Program-made: the position numbers and the translations under genes
From: Dimorphilus gyrociliatus
Taxonomy: Eukaryota > Animalia > Annelida
NCBI GenBank assembly: GCA_904063045.1
Contig: CAJFCJ010000006.1
Coordinates: 2,160,946 to 2,224,945 of the forward strand
Length of the DNA: 64,000 nt
Reading direction: 5' to 3'
In this document: positions 25,467-36,939 of the stretch, piece by piece
Layout of the letters: every line of letters starts with the position of its first letter
How positions within the stretch are numbered: position 1 is the first letter of the stretch
Notes under the pieces: model-generated
Seen by the model: only the letters and a program-made list of their open reading frames with translations
Databases searched by the model: none
What the model was told of the DNA's origin: nothing

Positions 25467-28219
25467 ATATTATTAGTTTAGAAATTGTAAATTTATATTT
25501 ATATTATTTTCATTTGAAATTATAACGAAGTTGTTTCTACTTAAAATAAAAACAAAAAATTTCATTAAATCAAGAAAACTGAATAAATCAACTAAATATA
25601 ATTGATGCTTCTTATTTGCTATTGATACTATCAGATTTTATTATCAAAGGCAAGTATTTGAATACATATTTTTATGAAATTAATAGACAATATAAGAGAG
25701 AGAGATAGAAATAAAATATTTTCATATTACCTAAAGAGGAAAACCTTTCATATTAAAAGTTTCGTATTAAATAGCTTTTTTCAAAAATAAGAATTAAAGA
25801 GTATTCAAATTCTTTTCTATTGTGGTAACTATTACTCTAAGAAATATCCTATTGTACTACTATATTCAAGAATATCTAGATTATTTTTAGCCTATAAATA
25901 TACCTGTAAACTTTTGACAATAAAAAAATTATGCAACACTTTCATATATAAACACACAAATATATATATATAAAGATACTCAAAACAGCTTTTGCATTAC
26001 TTTTTCACTCAGTAATCTATCGTAAAATCATAAAAATTTTAATCTAATTGATTATTTTTCTTAAGTCCACATCGTTTTTAATAAATGTAGTTTAGAAAAA
26101 GCGTTTTTTTTAATAATCTCATAAACTATTAATTACATTTGTAATACTATAGCCATAGATACTTGTTTTAGACTCAAATAGGAAAATTTTAACATTCTCC
26201 TTCTATACTGCCTTTTATTCGAAACAAATCAATGGGATAAATATAAATGTAGTATATGTGTAAATATATATATCTATATATATTAAAATATCTATATTGA
26301 GCAATGAATAATTAAGATTGGAGCTGTTTATAAGAAATAAATAATAGAATAAATATACTTCATTTATAAATATCCCTGACTGCTGTGGATTAGCTATAAT
26401 TTATATATTATACTCTGAATAGAATTTTGTGGGTGGAATCGGACTGTTTCGCTTAAATTATTTCTTTCATTCAATGAATTTATTACCAGGTCTACTTTGC
26501 CCTTTGTCCTCTATACTGCAGGTAAAATGATTATTTGATAATATTAAACTGTTCTTTAACTATAGGATGGAAATTATTAGGCTAATCAATATTTTATTTT
26601 TTATTTATTATTTTATTATTGACTATCAAAGAATATTCTTGTATGACTCTTGTAAGAATTTTAAATATCTTCATTCGTTACTAATTCCTGTAAAAAAAAA
26701 TACTACTGATAATAAGATAGCATATATACTCATTGATAACGTTTCAAAAAAGCTGCCAAGTAAGCATTTTTAATAAAAAGTTTTTTCTTTGGTACTCAAT
26801 AATATAATTTCATAGGCAATATAACGTATATGAATCAATATTCTACCCCAACCCTTTCTTTTGCCTTCCAGCCGCCCACTTCTTTTCTTTTCACCTGTAT
26901 AATATCTCATTAATCGATTTTTTCGTTTCAAATGAAAAATAAAGTAAACCCTTTTTTTACGTCCTACGTAAATTTAACAGTTCAATTCAATTATTAATAT
27001 TTTTTACTATTACTTTCAAAATAGGACTATTCAAATATTAATCACATAATTATAAATTATCTATAACGGTATACAAGCCATATTGCTCTCTTGAACCGGT
27101 ATAATAGAATTGTCTTATTTTTATAACAATTTCCAAATATGATATCAGCAAAAGACATAAAATGAAAATAAGAGAAGACAGAGAGAGAGTTTGTAAAATT
27201 TAACGTTTTTCTAATCGTTTGTTGTGTCTATGTTTTATTGACTGTTTGAGAAAAAAAATTAGGGCAGATATCGGTTAAAGAAGTAAGATTAAGTGTACTT
27301 GTCATTGATAGTTATTCTGATATTATACGATGTTAATAGCATGAGGGAAAACATTATAAATATATAAAAATAAGATTGGTTAAAACTCCTATATTAGAAT
27401 ATACTATACAATACTGTTTATACTGTATATATAGTTTGTCAATATTTTATATATGTAAGAAATTCTATAGAATTTCACGTCTAGTTAACAATAAAAATGT
27501 CTAGGGTTTTGTGTTTTCCTTCCTTATTGATCGTTATGCTTTTCAAGAAAAGTGGGAAAAGCAAGTATTAGATAAAATATCTCTGTAAACATTCTCGCAT
27601 TTTATGTTGAATTATTCTTAGAAATCTTAACGAAAATGCCGCATGTAGCCTCGAAATTAATGATTTTGTTTCTCAAATTATAGTATGTTATGTTAGGTTA
27701 ATTCATAATTAGAAAAACGGACGAATTAAGTACTGGATCAGATTCTTTTTAAGATTAATAAATTGAATAGAGCTCTAAATGAAGTAAAATGTCGTTAAAA
27801 ATCGATTAGAACATTCTTGCTTTCAAGTTTTAAAAGTTTTTTTTTAAAGATGAACAACATCTGGTCTTAATATGTAGAATCTATTATATCAATTATAGTA
27901 AAAATATAAAAAAACAAAACATAAAAATCAAGCTTTAGAATGTTTTTATGGGTAATTATAATATTTTCTCTAAATAAAAGACTACTTTTTCTTATTATCA
28001 ACAGCTAAAGGAGATTAATGATATCTAATTTTTAATCTAATTAGGTAAAAATTTTAGTAAAACTATGACAATTTATTCAAATTTATGCATTTCATTTCTC
28101 CATTCAACATTTTGTGTACGTAGCCAATCGACAGCTAGTTGACAGTTGTAAATCGTCGAATCAGAGAATTTTTTACAGAAGCGGAATTTTTAGTTTTGTT
28201 TCCGGTTTGTAATTGAGGC

Positions 28220-28242
28220 GAGAAATTTCGGGGAAATTTCTC
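28220..28242. promoter_or_regulatory. GAS (STAT-binding) element inside a perfect 10-bp inverted repeat, in the probable distal STAT promoter
   Basis: GAGAAATTTC-GGG-GAAATTTCTC with core TTCGGGGAA. It sits in a GC-elevated island (CCAAT, TTCCGG, CCGCCC) followed by a GTAGGC donor at 28285. Confidence 0.55.
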
Positions 28243-30348
28243 TTTTTCCGCCCTATCCATCGGCTGATTACAAATCAATTATCGGTAGGCAGAATTTTTT
28301 ATTTATGAACAGTAGTTGTATGATATTTTTTATCAAGTTGCGTTCTTACTTATCTCTGTAATTATATTTTTATTCATTTTCTCGATTTATCATTCGTAGT
28401 CGAGCGTAATTCAACAGCGTCACGTGTTGAAACGTCTATTACAAATGAACTATAGTAAAATAAACAGCGTCCCTGTTAGAGGACAGATCGCTCTGCCAGT
28501 TCGATAAAATTGGGGCGCCATCTGCATCACTAGTACCCATAGTTCCTAATTACGAACAGTAGATTTGTGGCTGAAGTCATATTCAAACTGTCAAGTAGTA
28601 GTAACTTTATAAGATTCTTTTTCCGATTGTCTATTTATTAGGATAACCCACTCAAATGCAGAAACACTGAGAGGATTTAGTAAGAAATATACATGACATA
28701 AAAGAATTGTCAGTTTTATGTTGGATTATTATAACATAAATTTTACACAAACAGTTAATTATTACTTAAACATTAAGTCAAATTTCGCAGAGAGCGAAAT
28801 ATGATACAGAGATAACATGAAACGAATAATTAGTGCATTTTGATGTCTGAAACAATGAGTGAAATATAAAGCTCAGATGAAGAGTGCGACAATAATAATT
28901 CCTACAGAAGTATATTATTTCCCCTTATGTTTTTGTAATAGATTTTGATGCCAAATATTCTTTTAGTTTTATAAATTTTTTCCCTAAAACTTTCGTAATT
29001 GTTACGGAACGAACTACCTGAGCAGGGAAAAAAATCCCAAGGTGTAAGATGAGAAAGAATAATCAATGGCAACCAAAAGTAGTTGGCATAAAGTAACATG
29101 TTGCGTTATAGACGTCAAAGGATAAAAGCCTACTTCGTCTTACTCTTATCCTTTCTTTATTTTTCTACAAAATTTTTTTCCTTAGTCAATCTTTTTTATA
29201 TTTCTATTAAAATCAACAAAAAGTTGATTTATAGAATATATACGTAACCATTTTTTTATTTCATCATTTTAGACGAAAACTTAAAGAAACTTAGAATAAA
29301 AGAGAGTATATTAGAACTACCAAATTTAGGAGTCCAAATCAATTCTATATACCGTTTCTAACCTCACGTTTTTGAACTCAACAACGGCTAATTTGTGCGG
29401 AAAAAATCCGCGATTGTTTCCGTGGCTTCTTCTGCCCTTTGATCCTACATTCGGTCAATTTTTTTTATTATACTTTATCCTCTCACCGACCATTTATTTA
29501 TTTATTTTATATTTTTTTTACTGACTATCCCCGTTTAATAGATTTTCTCGTTTTTAACGAAACTGTCCTTCAACTGTTAATTAAAAATATTAAGAGTTTT
29601 ATTCAATTATGCTAAAATAACTATGGTATATAATAAAATTTAATATTATTATTATTATTATTTAGGCGTGCAATAAGTAGTCGTATATAGACTATATATA
29701 GTATGAAGTTTGACCTTCATGTGTGCCTATTGCCAATAGAGGACGAGTTTCAAATTGTTCACACGACTGAATTCTCTAATTAGCTCACCATTTGTTTTAT
29801 AATAACTATTATTATTTAAAGGTATTGGTGTTAAGTGTCTATGTAAAAAAAAAAAAGAGTAGGGGAAGAGAAGGAACCAAGGACGCATCGAGAAACGATT
29901 GACGCGCATAGAACATTCCATTTGATTATATTAACAAAACTAATTTTCGGCTTATAGATTGTGTGTGGGTTTTTCTTTTTGTTTTATTCTATTTATTATA
30001 ATAGTAGTAATAGTAACAAATAGTATTTGACTTAAATAATATGATAAATTGATTTTTTTCTTTTCTCTTTTTTCTCTACAAGTTAAATCTATTGCAAGAA
30101 TGATGTAATAATATTAATATAATTACAAGACTCTTAATTTAACTTAAAGAATAAAACTTGTTCTTATTAACTTAAAGTCCTTTTTAGTTGAATTATATAT
30201 AGAATATCTTTTTATTATTTATCAATTAACTTCATTTCTTATATGTAAATATATATATATATATATATATATATTTAAGATATATTATTTTCATATTCAC
30301 GAAGATACAGTGTTTATAGGATCATGGTGTTTATAATTATTTTAAAGA

Positions 30349-30380
<32 letters not shown>

Positions 30381-30871
30381 TTCCTCTTTAAGTAATGAAA
30401 AGTATTTAGACTCGTTTTTTTATTATTTCTTGAATAATCTGAATAGATAATAAGGTTTGATAATAAAAATAACTAGGATTAATTCCAGCAAAATCTATTG
30501 ATTACCAGCATTCCAGTCATTAGTAATTTAAAATAAATTCACCCAATCGGTTTAAAATGCTTCTGATGTCCTTAATAACAGTTAGTAATACAATTATGTG
30601 TACTACATGATATAACAATTGTTTTTTAAGTGTATATATATATATTAGATGTATATTTGGACTATAAACAGCAAATATAAATCTCTTTTTCTCATATACT
30701 ATACATTAATTATTGAGTTTTATATACGCTATATAGATAACATATTGGACATAAAAAAAAGTATATTATACTTATGGAACTACTCTATGCGCCCTCTTAC
30801 AGCTAGATATTTTAGTAAGAAATATTTAAAAAAAATCCTCTTAGCAGACGGATTATTTTTTATTCTGTTCA

Positions 30872-30892
30872 TCACGTGACTATTTAAGGGGT
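30872..30892 (+). promoter_or_regulatory. Proximal STAT promoter candidate (TCACGTGA E-box plus TATA-like TATTTAA)
   Basis: ATCACGTGACTATTTAAGGGG lies about 200 nt before the ATG. An acceptor (AATTGCAG) just upstream of the ATG indicates a spliced 5' UTR. Confidence 0.35.
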
Positions 30893-31087
30893 AGAATTGT
30901 TAAAGAATTCTTGTAATATGTTTCATTAATTTTATTATAGATTAACTGGTTTTTTTCAATATAATTCCAAGATAAAAGTATTTAAATAAGTTTGTTAACT
31001 TGAAACATACATTTATTATTAAATAATATGTATAAAAAAAGATTTATTTAGTGGCCTTTTACTAAATTTAATTGCAGCTATATAATA

Positions 31088-34000
31088 ATGGCGTTATGGG
31101 AAAGTGTGTCGAAATTACCGAAAGAACTGGCCGATAAAGTAATAATTACTAATTTTTTCTAATGTAGTAATTTATATAAATACAGAATAGATATTTTTGA
31201 TAAATTTCGCTTTGAAAACATTGATAAAATTCAATTTTTTCAAATAAGAATGAATATATAATGAATATTGACAGAAATTTTTCAAATTCTCTCTATCTTT
31301 ACTTTCTACTAGATTCAACAGCTTTATGGGACACCTTTTCCAGTAGAAGTTCGTCATTTCCTTGCCGAATGGATCGAGGCTCAACGTTGGTAAGTTTTTT
31401 TATGTCGACGCAGCGTCTATCGTCAACGCGCCCCCTGTTAGTAATAATTTATCGCCGCGAAAAAGACGGCCTTTTATACACGTTTCCCGCGTGTGGCTGT
31501 TCACTTTAGTTTTAAGGTCGGTAAGAGATGATGTAGAAGTTTCTCTTTGTCGGATCAATCTTTTCCTCTCCTTTTTTCTTACTATCTTTCAATCATCATC
31601 CTCTTAGAAGAGGGATGATGAGGTCCTTCAAAAGGGATATGAGAGAAGTTAATCCGTACGAAAAACAAGAAATGCTTGTCAGAAACAATTACGCCTATTA
31701 CAACAGATTGCAGTATCCTTACAATGCTTATCACAATCAGCATTATACAACAAGCGATAGAAGGTTGTAAGTAATTTTTTACTTGTATTTGTTATTGTTC
31801 TCTATCTAAGACAATCAATTTGTAGGAAAAAAGGGGAGTTAAGGATCGATTAGTATAGAAAATAAAAAGATACAGTAATATGCTACAATATCTAGTAATG
31901 GTTAACAATGCGATTTCATTCGTAGAGGGCTGTGTTGTTTTCCTATCCCGTTTTTCAAATGCATAATATATATATATATACAGACCCATATACAGATATA
32001 TACATGGAGATAGAGATAGAGACAAAGACAGAGACAGAGACAGAGAGAGAGAGAGAAAAAGTATGCAGTAACAATGTATATCATATCTGTGTATTTTATT
32101 ATTCATTTTCATTTGAACTGTAGAATGTGAATAAGTGCTTATATTTATATGTTTACTCATGAGAAGATATAGGAATGTATACAATATATAAATTATATAT
32201 ATTTATGTATTTATAAATATATGCAGATATATATATATATATAGTATATCTGGATATACATTCTGCATATGTTTATAGACAAAACGGTATACACCCCATC
32301 TTTCCTTTCTTTTGCAACCAAAACTTACCGGATACGGGAGTCGAATGGTTAAGGATTCAATTATGATATCGTATGCTTGTTTACAGGTTTTCGGTAGGCG
32401 AAAATAACCCTGCTTCTGCTAATGATTTAAGAGATAATTTATGCGCTCAACTGATGACCAAGGTACGAATTTACTATCTTTTCTACTTTTCAATTGATAT
32501 TAAAGAATGTATAGCTTTAGTTTCATCTTATTATATTTAAGGTGTTTTTAATTTCTTTTCGGAATTTTTATCTTCTTTCTTTCATGTTCAGCTTTTTTCT
32601 TTGCTTCTATCTATCTCACTTTCTTGTTCTTATGAAAATATCAATTTTATATTCCTTGTAATTCTTCTTTCAACTCCTTCTCTGGTGTCTGTTAAGTTCG
32701 ATAATATTAATTCAACTACCGTGCGATCAAACGCGGTTCCGGATGTTGTAAAGAGGAGACGCCAATGTTGTAAAAGGAAGCCGTAGAAGAAAAGGGGCGG
32801 AGGCAAATCAGTAGAATTTTGTTTCACGTTTCAGGATATCATTAACTCTTGGTGGCTCATTAGATTGGTAGGCCTGTGAAAAGAGAGATGAGACCCAACA
32901 CCCTTTCGATGACTGTGAATCGATAAAAGGCCATGCTTTTTCTTCCTTTTCCTTTCTTTGTCTCTCTGCCTTTTCACACCACTACTAAAAAAAATGCTTT
33001 TTATGATGCATAATTTATTATTAATTTTTTTCTTTATATATTCTCTTTTTCAATGGATTTTTTATGGATCTATTCTAGAAAAAAATCAATTTATATTTTT
33101 CTAGTCGTATTCATTCCATGAACATTGTTTCTAGGCTGAAGAACAAGAACGCTCAGAAAATATAATAAACCGTTTTCGTCTGAGGGAGTGCGCTGAATCG
33201 ATTCAAAATCATTTTAGTGGTGATCAAGGAGCAATGAAGTTAGTTCAAACTGTCCGTCATTGCCTCAATGCAGAGAGAGAGATTTTGAGTCAAGTAGAAA
33301 ATTCAGCCCAACCTTATTACCAGCAGCAAATGTTTCATCAGTCTGGTCCTGTCGACTTGAATCAAATTTTGTCAGATATTGCCCAAGAGAAGATTAAATG
33401 CGAAAACGCTTTGCGACTTTTACAGCAAAAACAAGAACATTTCATAATTAAATATCAGGATAACGCTCAAACTGAACAGCAAATTAATTCTGGCAAGTGT
33501 TCCCGAGAAGTGCTTGGTAAGCTGCAAGAGAAGAAGCGTTTGCTGCAGAATGAATTGACGACACTGGCCCAACAGTTATTGAATGAGAGACTAGCCCTTG
33601 CGGATCTGCTGCAAAATGCTATTAATGGTATGATGGAGGCACAGAAAATCATTTTGGAGGAGAGGCTTATAGAGTGGAAAAGGGCTCAGCAATTGCACGG
33701 TAATGGTTATCCAGACTTTCAAGTTGGACACCTGGACGTTCTACAAAAATGGTGTGAAGATTTAGCTGTTTTAACTTGGTCTATTCGTCAACAACTGAAG
33801 AGGCTACAGTTGCTCAGACAGCAGTTGCCGATCGCTTTACCAACTGGAAAATCAGATATAGTTCCAGGATTATTAGATCAGGTATGTAGTAAAATATAAG
33901 CTGTAATAATAATGCGAGAGAAATAATTTACTAAATAACACACCTCTAGGCCACTCAACTCTTATCTCAGCTAATTACGAGCACCTTCGTTATCGAAAGT

Positions 34001-35591
34001 CAACCACCACAAGTTTTAAAGAAAGATGCTAGGTTTTCAGCCAAAGTTCGTTTATTGGTCGGAGCTAAACTTTCAGTTCACCTTAACCCACCAACTGTAA
34101 AAGCCACTATTATTAGTGAAGAACAAGCTAGAGTGTTACTTAGAACTGTTGTTGGTCAAGATCAACGAGCCTCTCATATGTCCGAATCCTGCGGTGATAT
34201 TTTGAATAATTCTTCCACTATGGAGGTTCAGAATAATGGACAACAGCAAGTTCTGGTTGTTACGTTTAGGAATATGGCTTTGAAGAGAATAAAAAGAGCT
34301 GAAAAGAAGGGTAACGAAACGGTTACTGAGGAGAAGTTTTCAATTCTCTTTCAAAGTTCATTTACGGTTGGCGAAGGTGAACTAGTTTTCCAAGTGTGGA
34401 CTCTCTCCCTACCAGTGGTTGTTATTGTTCATGGCAATCAAGAACCGAGCGCCACAGCAACAGTTTTATGGGATAATGCATTTGCTCAACCAGCCAGACC
34501 CCCATTTGCCGTTCCCGATGAAGTTTTGTGGCCTGATCTTAGTAGAGCATTAAACATGAAATTTACAGCTGCTGCTGGAGCCAGTCTAAATAAGCAGCAT
34601 ATGGATTATCTAGCTTCCAAGTTATTCGGAGTGCAAGAGGAATACTCTAATTGCTTAGTCAAGTGGAGCGCCTTCAATAAGGAACCACTCTCTCCACGTA
34701 ACTTTACATTTTGGGAATGGTTTTATAATTTGTTGAAATTAGTTAAGGAATGGTTGCATGACTTATGGAAAGATGGTTTAATTCATGGTTTTGTAAGTAA
34801 GCAACAAGCCAGTAATTGCCTGTTGAATTCCGGTAAACCTGGAACTTTCATGCTAAGATTCTCTGATAGTGAATTGGGTGGTTTGACCATTTCATTTCTT
34901 GGATCAAGACAGAATGGAGCAAGTGATCACGTTGAAGTTTTAGCCCTGCAGCCGTATAGTGATAAGGATTTTAGAATCAGAGGTTTGGCTGATAGGGTCA
35001 AGGATATACCTAGCCTTCTTTGGCTATATCCTGATAGAAAGAAGGAAGAAGCTTTCTTGAAGCATTGGGGTCCTGATCCATCTAACGCTCCATCGCTTGA
35101 CGACGGGTGAGAACATATAATCGATTTCTCTGCTTATGCACACCTAATGCACACACAATAATAATTATACCAGAATGTGTAAAACATAATATTTTTTCTT
35201 CCAATAGCTATGTCCCCACAATCCTTGTGTCCGTAGTGCCTGGTATACGAACACCTGAACAAGAAAGACAGCAAGATGCTGTTCAACAAACTACTCAGAA
35301 CAGTACATTTACTCCGATTCAAAATGCTGAAGGATCTATATCGCCACAAGAGTAATTATAAATAAATGACTTTCTTTTACTCTTATTAATATTTTTCTTG
35401 TTTCTTCTTTTCATCTTTACATCACTAGCTTGGCATTTTTGGAGAGTCTTGATCATTTTGGCGAAATTAATGATCTAAATACAATGATGGATTACAATCC
35501 TTGCGATATAATAAATGCTAATCAATTCCTCTATGGACCGGAAGAGTCCGAAGGGGATCCTGATCATAGAGAAGTCGAAAGAATGGCTTGA
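31088..35591 (+). CDS. STAT5: STAT transcription factor (STAT5/6-like), 7 coding exons
   Basis: N-domain MALW...LYGTPFPVEVRHFLAEWIEAQRW; coiled coil; DNA-binding domain FRNMALKRIKRAEKKGNETVTEEKF...LSLPVVVIVHGNQ; SH2 GTFMLRFSDSE; activation tyrosine DDG|YVPT; acidic C-terminus ending at TGA 35589-35591. Confidence 0.97.
31615..31766 (+). CDS. Candidate alternative first coding exon of STAT (50 aa, Tyr/Asn-rich)
   Basis: The frame is open from ATG 31615 to a perfect GTAAGT donor at 31767. The phase (2) matches STAT exon 3, and a GC-rich island with E2F sites lies upstream. Confidence 0.5.
31971..32057. repeat. Compound microsatellite (TA / GAGATA / GAGACA / GA) in STAT intron 2
   Basis: Adjacent TA, ATAGAG, ACAGAG and AG repeats. 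These produce the spurious LSLSLS ORFs in the track. Confidence 0.75.
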
Positions 35592-36939
35592 TATGTTTTT
35601 TTTCTTGCTTTTTTTTGTGCTTATATAAATGACATTGTTATGCCCGCTAACGACGGTAATTTGTATACCTTACCTCTTGACGTTTCGACATATCTCTCTT
35701 TCTGTTTTTTTTCCCTAAAAATTTTCAAACTAAAAATGTAATATAAATCTTTTTTTCCCTTGTTTTTTTTCCTTTTTGTAAAATTGTAACGAACATTTTT
35801 TTTTGTTGTGGAACTTGCCATACTGGGTTATTGCGCCATATTTACTCAACTCTACTCGCATCTTTTACGATGTACTGTGCATTCAATAAAAAAGGAAAAT
35901 AAAAGAATAATTAATCAAAAAGAGGTATGTACCACGTCAATGATTGTACAGCTGCAAAAACTTTCGGTTTATCTTGTAGAATAATCTATATAGGCACATT
36001 GTCTTCTATCCATATAAGAATTTATTACAGAATGTACTAAACTTTGTACATGAATACACTTTGAATATGTAAAATTTGTATATTTTTTGTTTTTTTTTAC
36101 ATCTATTTGAAACTTATATAATATATATAAAGTATATTATATATGTATAATTACTGTATATAGATTTCTGGTATCAAAATTAAAACCAAAGCCCCGATGA
36201 TTCGGATGTGCAAAATATTACAAGAATTTTTCAACTGTTTTGATCCAGTGTCACATAACTTAACATGCTGTTTGTTTCATTTTTACATGTTAGTATACAA
36301 TCACATTTATTTTTAAATGTGAAAATTAAAAAAACGTTATAGAACAAAGCAAGAACCTGACATTTTTCTCTGTTGCTCATCTATAATATGATGGGAGAAA
36401 AGGATAGTTAAAAGCTCTACTAATTATTCAAAGGTCCATATGAGAGAGAAATGAGATACAACAGAGGAGGAGAATAACAGTGGGTGAAAAAAGAAAAGGT
36501 TTTTATTTAGAAAGGTAGTGGACAGGTTGATTATTTTAATCATGCTACATTTTAGACAACTAGAATTCTTACAAACTTATATGCTATATGTGCTATATAT
36601 TCTGTACAAATAGCATATAGCATATACACTGTAAATCTTCGCCAAGGCACTTGTGAAAAAATATTTTCTTTAATAAAAACATTAAAAACACAGAAAGGAA
36701 AAGAAAGAAGAAATATATTGCTTTGAGTAGGCAAATGGAAAGGTAAACTTGCTCTGTTCTTACACGGAAATGGGAAAGATGTCTTGAAAGATCCTCTGAT
36801 AATGATTCTTTACATCAATTCTCTTATTTAACATTAAAAATACATATAATTTAATAACCTATTAGACTTAATGAACAGAACAAGATTTTCCATTTCATCT
36901 AATGTTATTTATAGGTATAAAATATTGTATACAAATTTT

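Noticed and set aside
31713-31720. GTATCCTT U12-type donor look-alike (also at 47158-47165)
   Set aside because: There is no TCCTTAAC-like branch point before the downstream acceptors, and canonical U2 donors explain the splicing.
31792-32184. Overlapping ORFs with LSLSLS / ETETER repeats (likewise 1819-2112, 4975-5295 and 53456-53662)
   Set aside because: These are translations of microsatellite or low-complexity DNA.
36700-36830. Short coding-looking stretch between the STAT and IQCB1 3' ends
   Set aside because: It is too short, has no consistent start or splice partners, and shows no recognisable homology.
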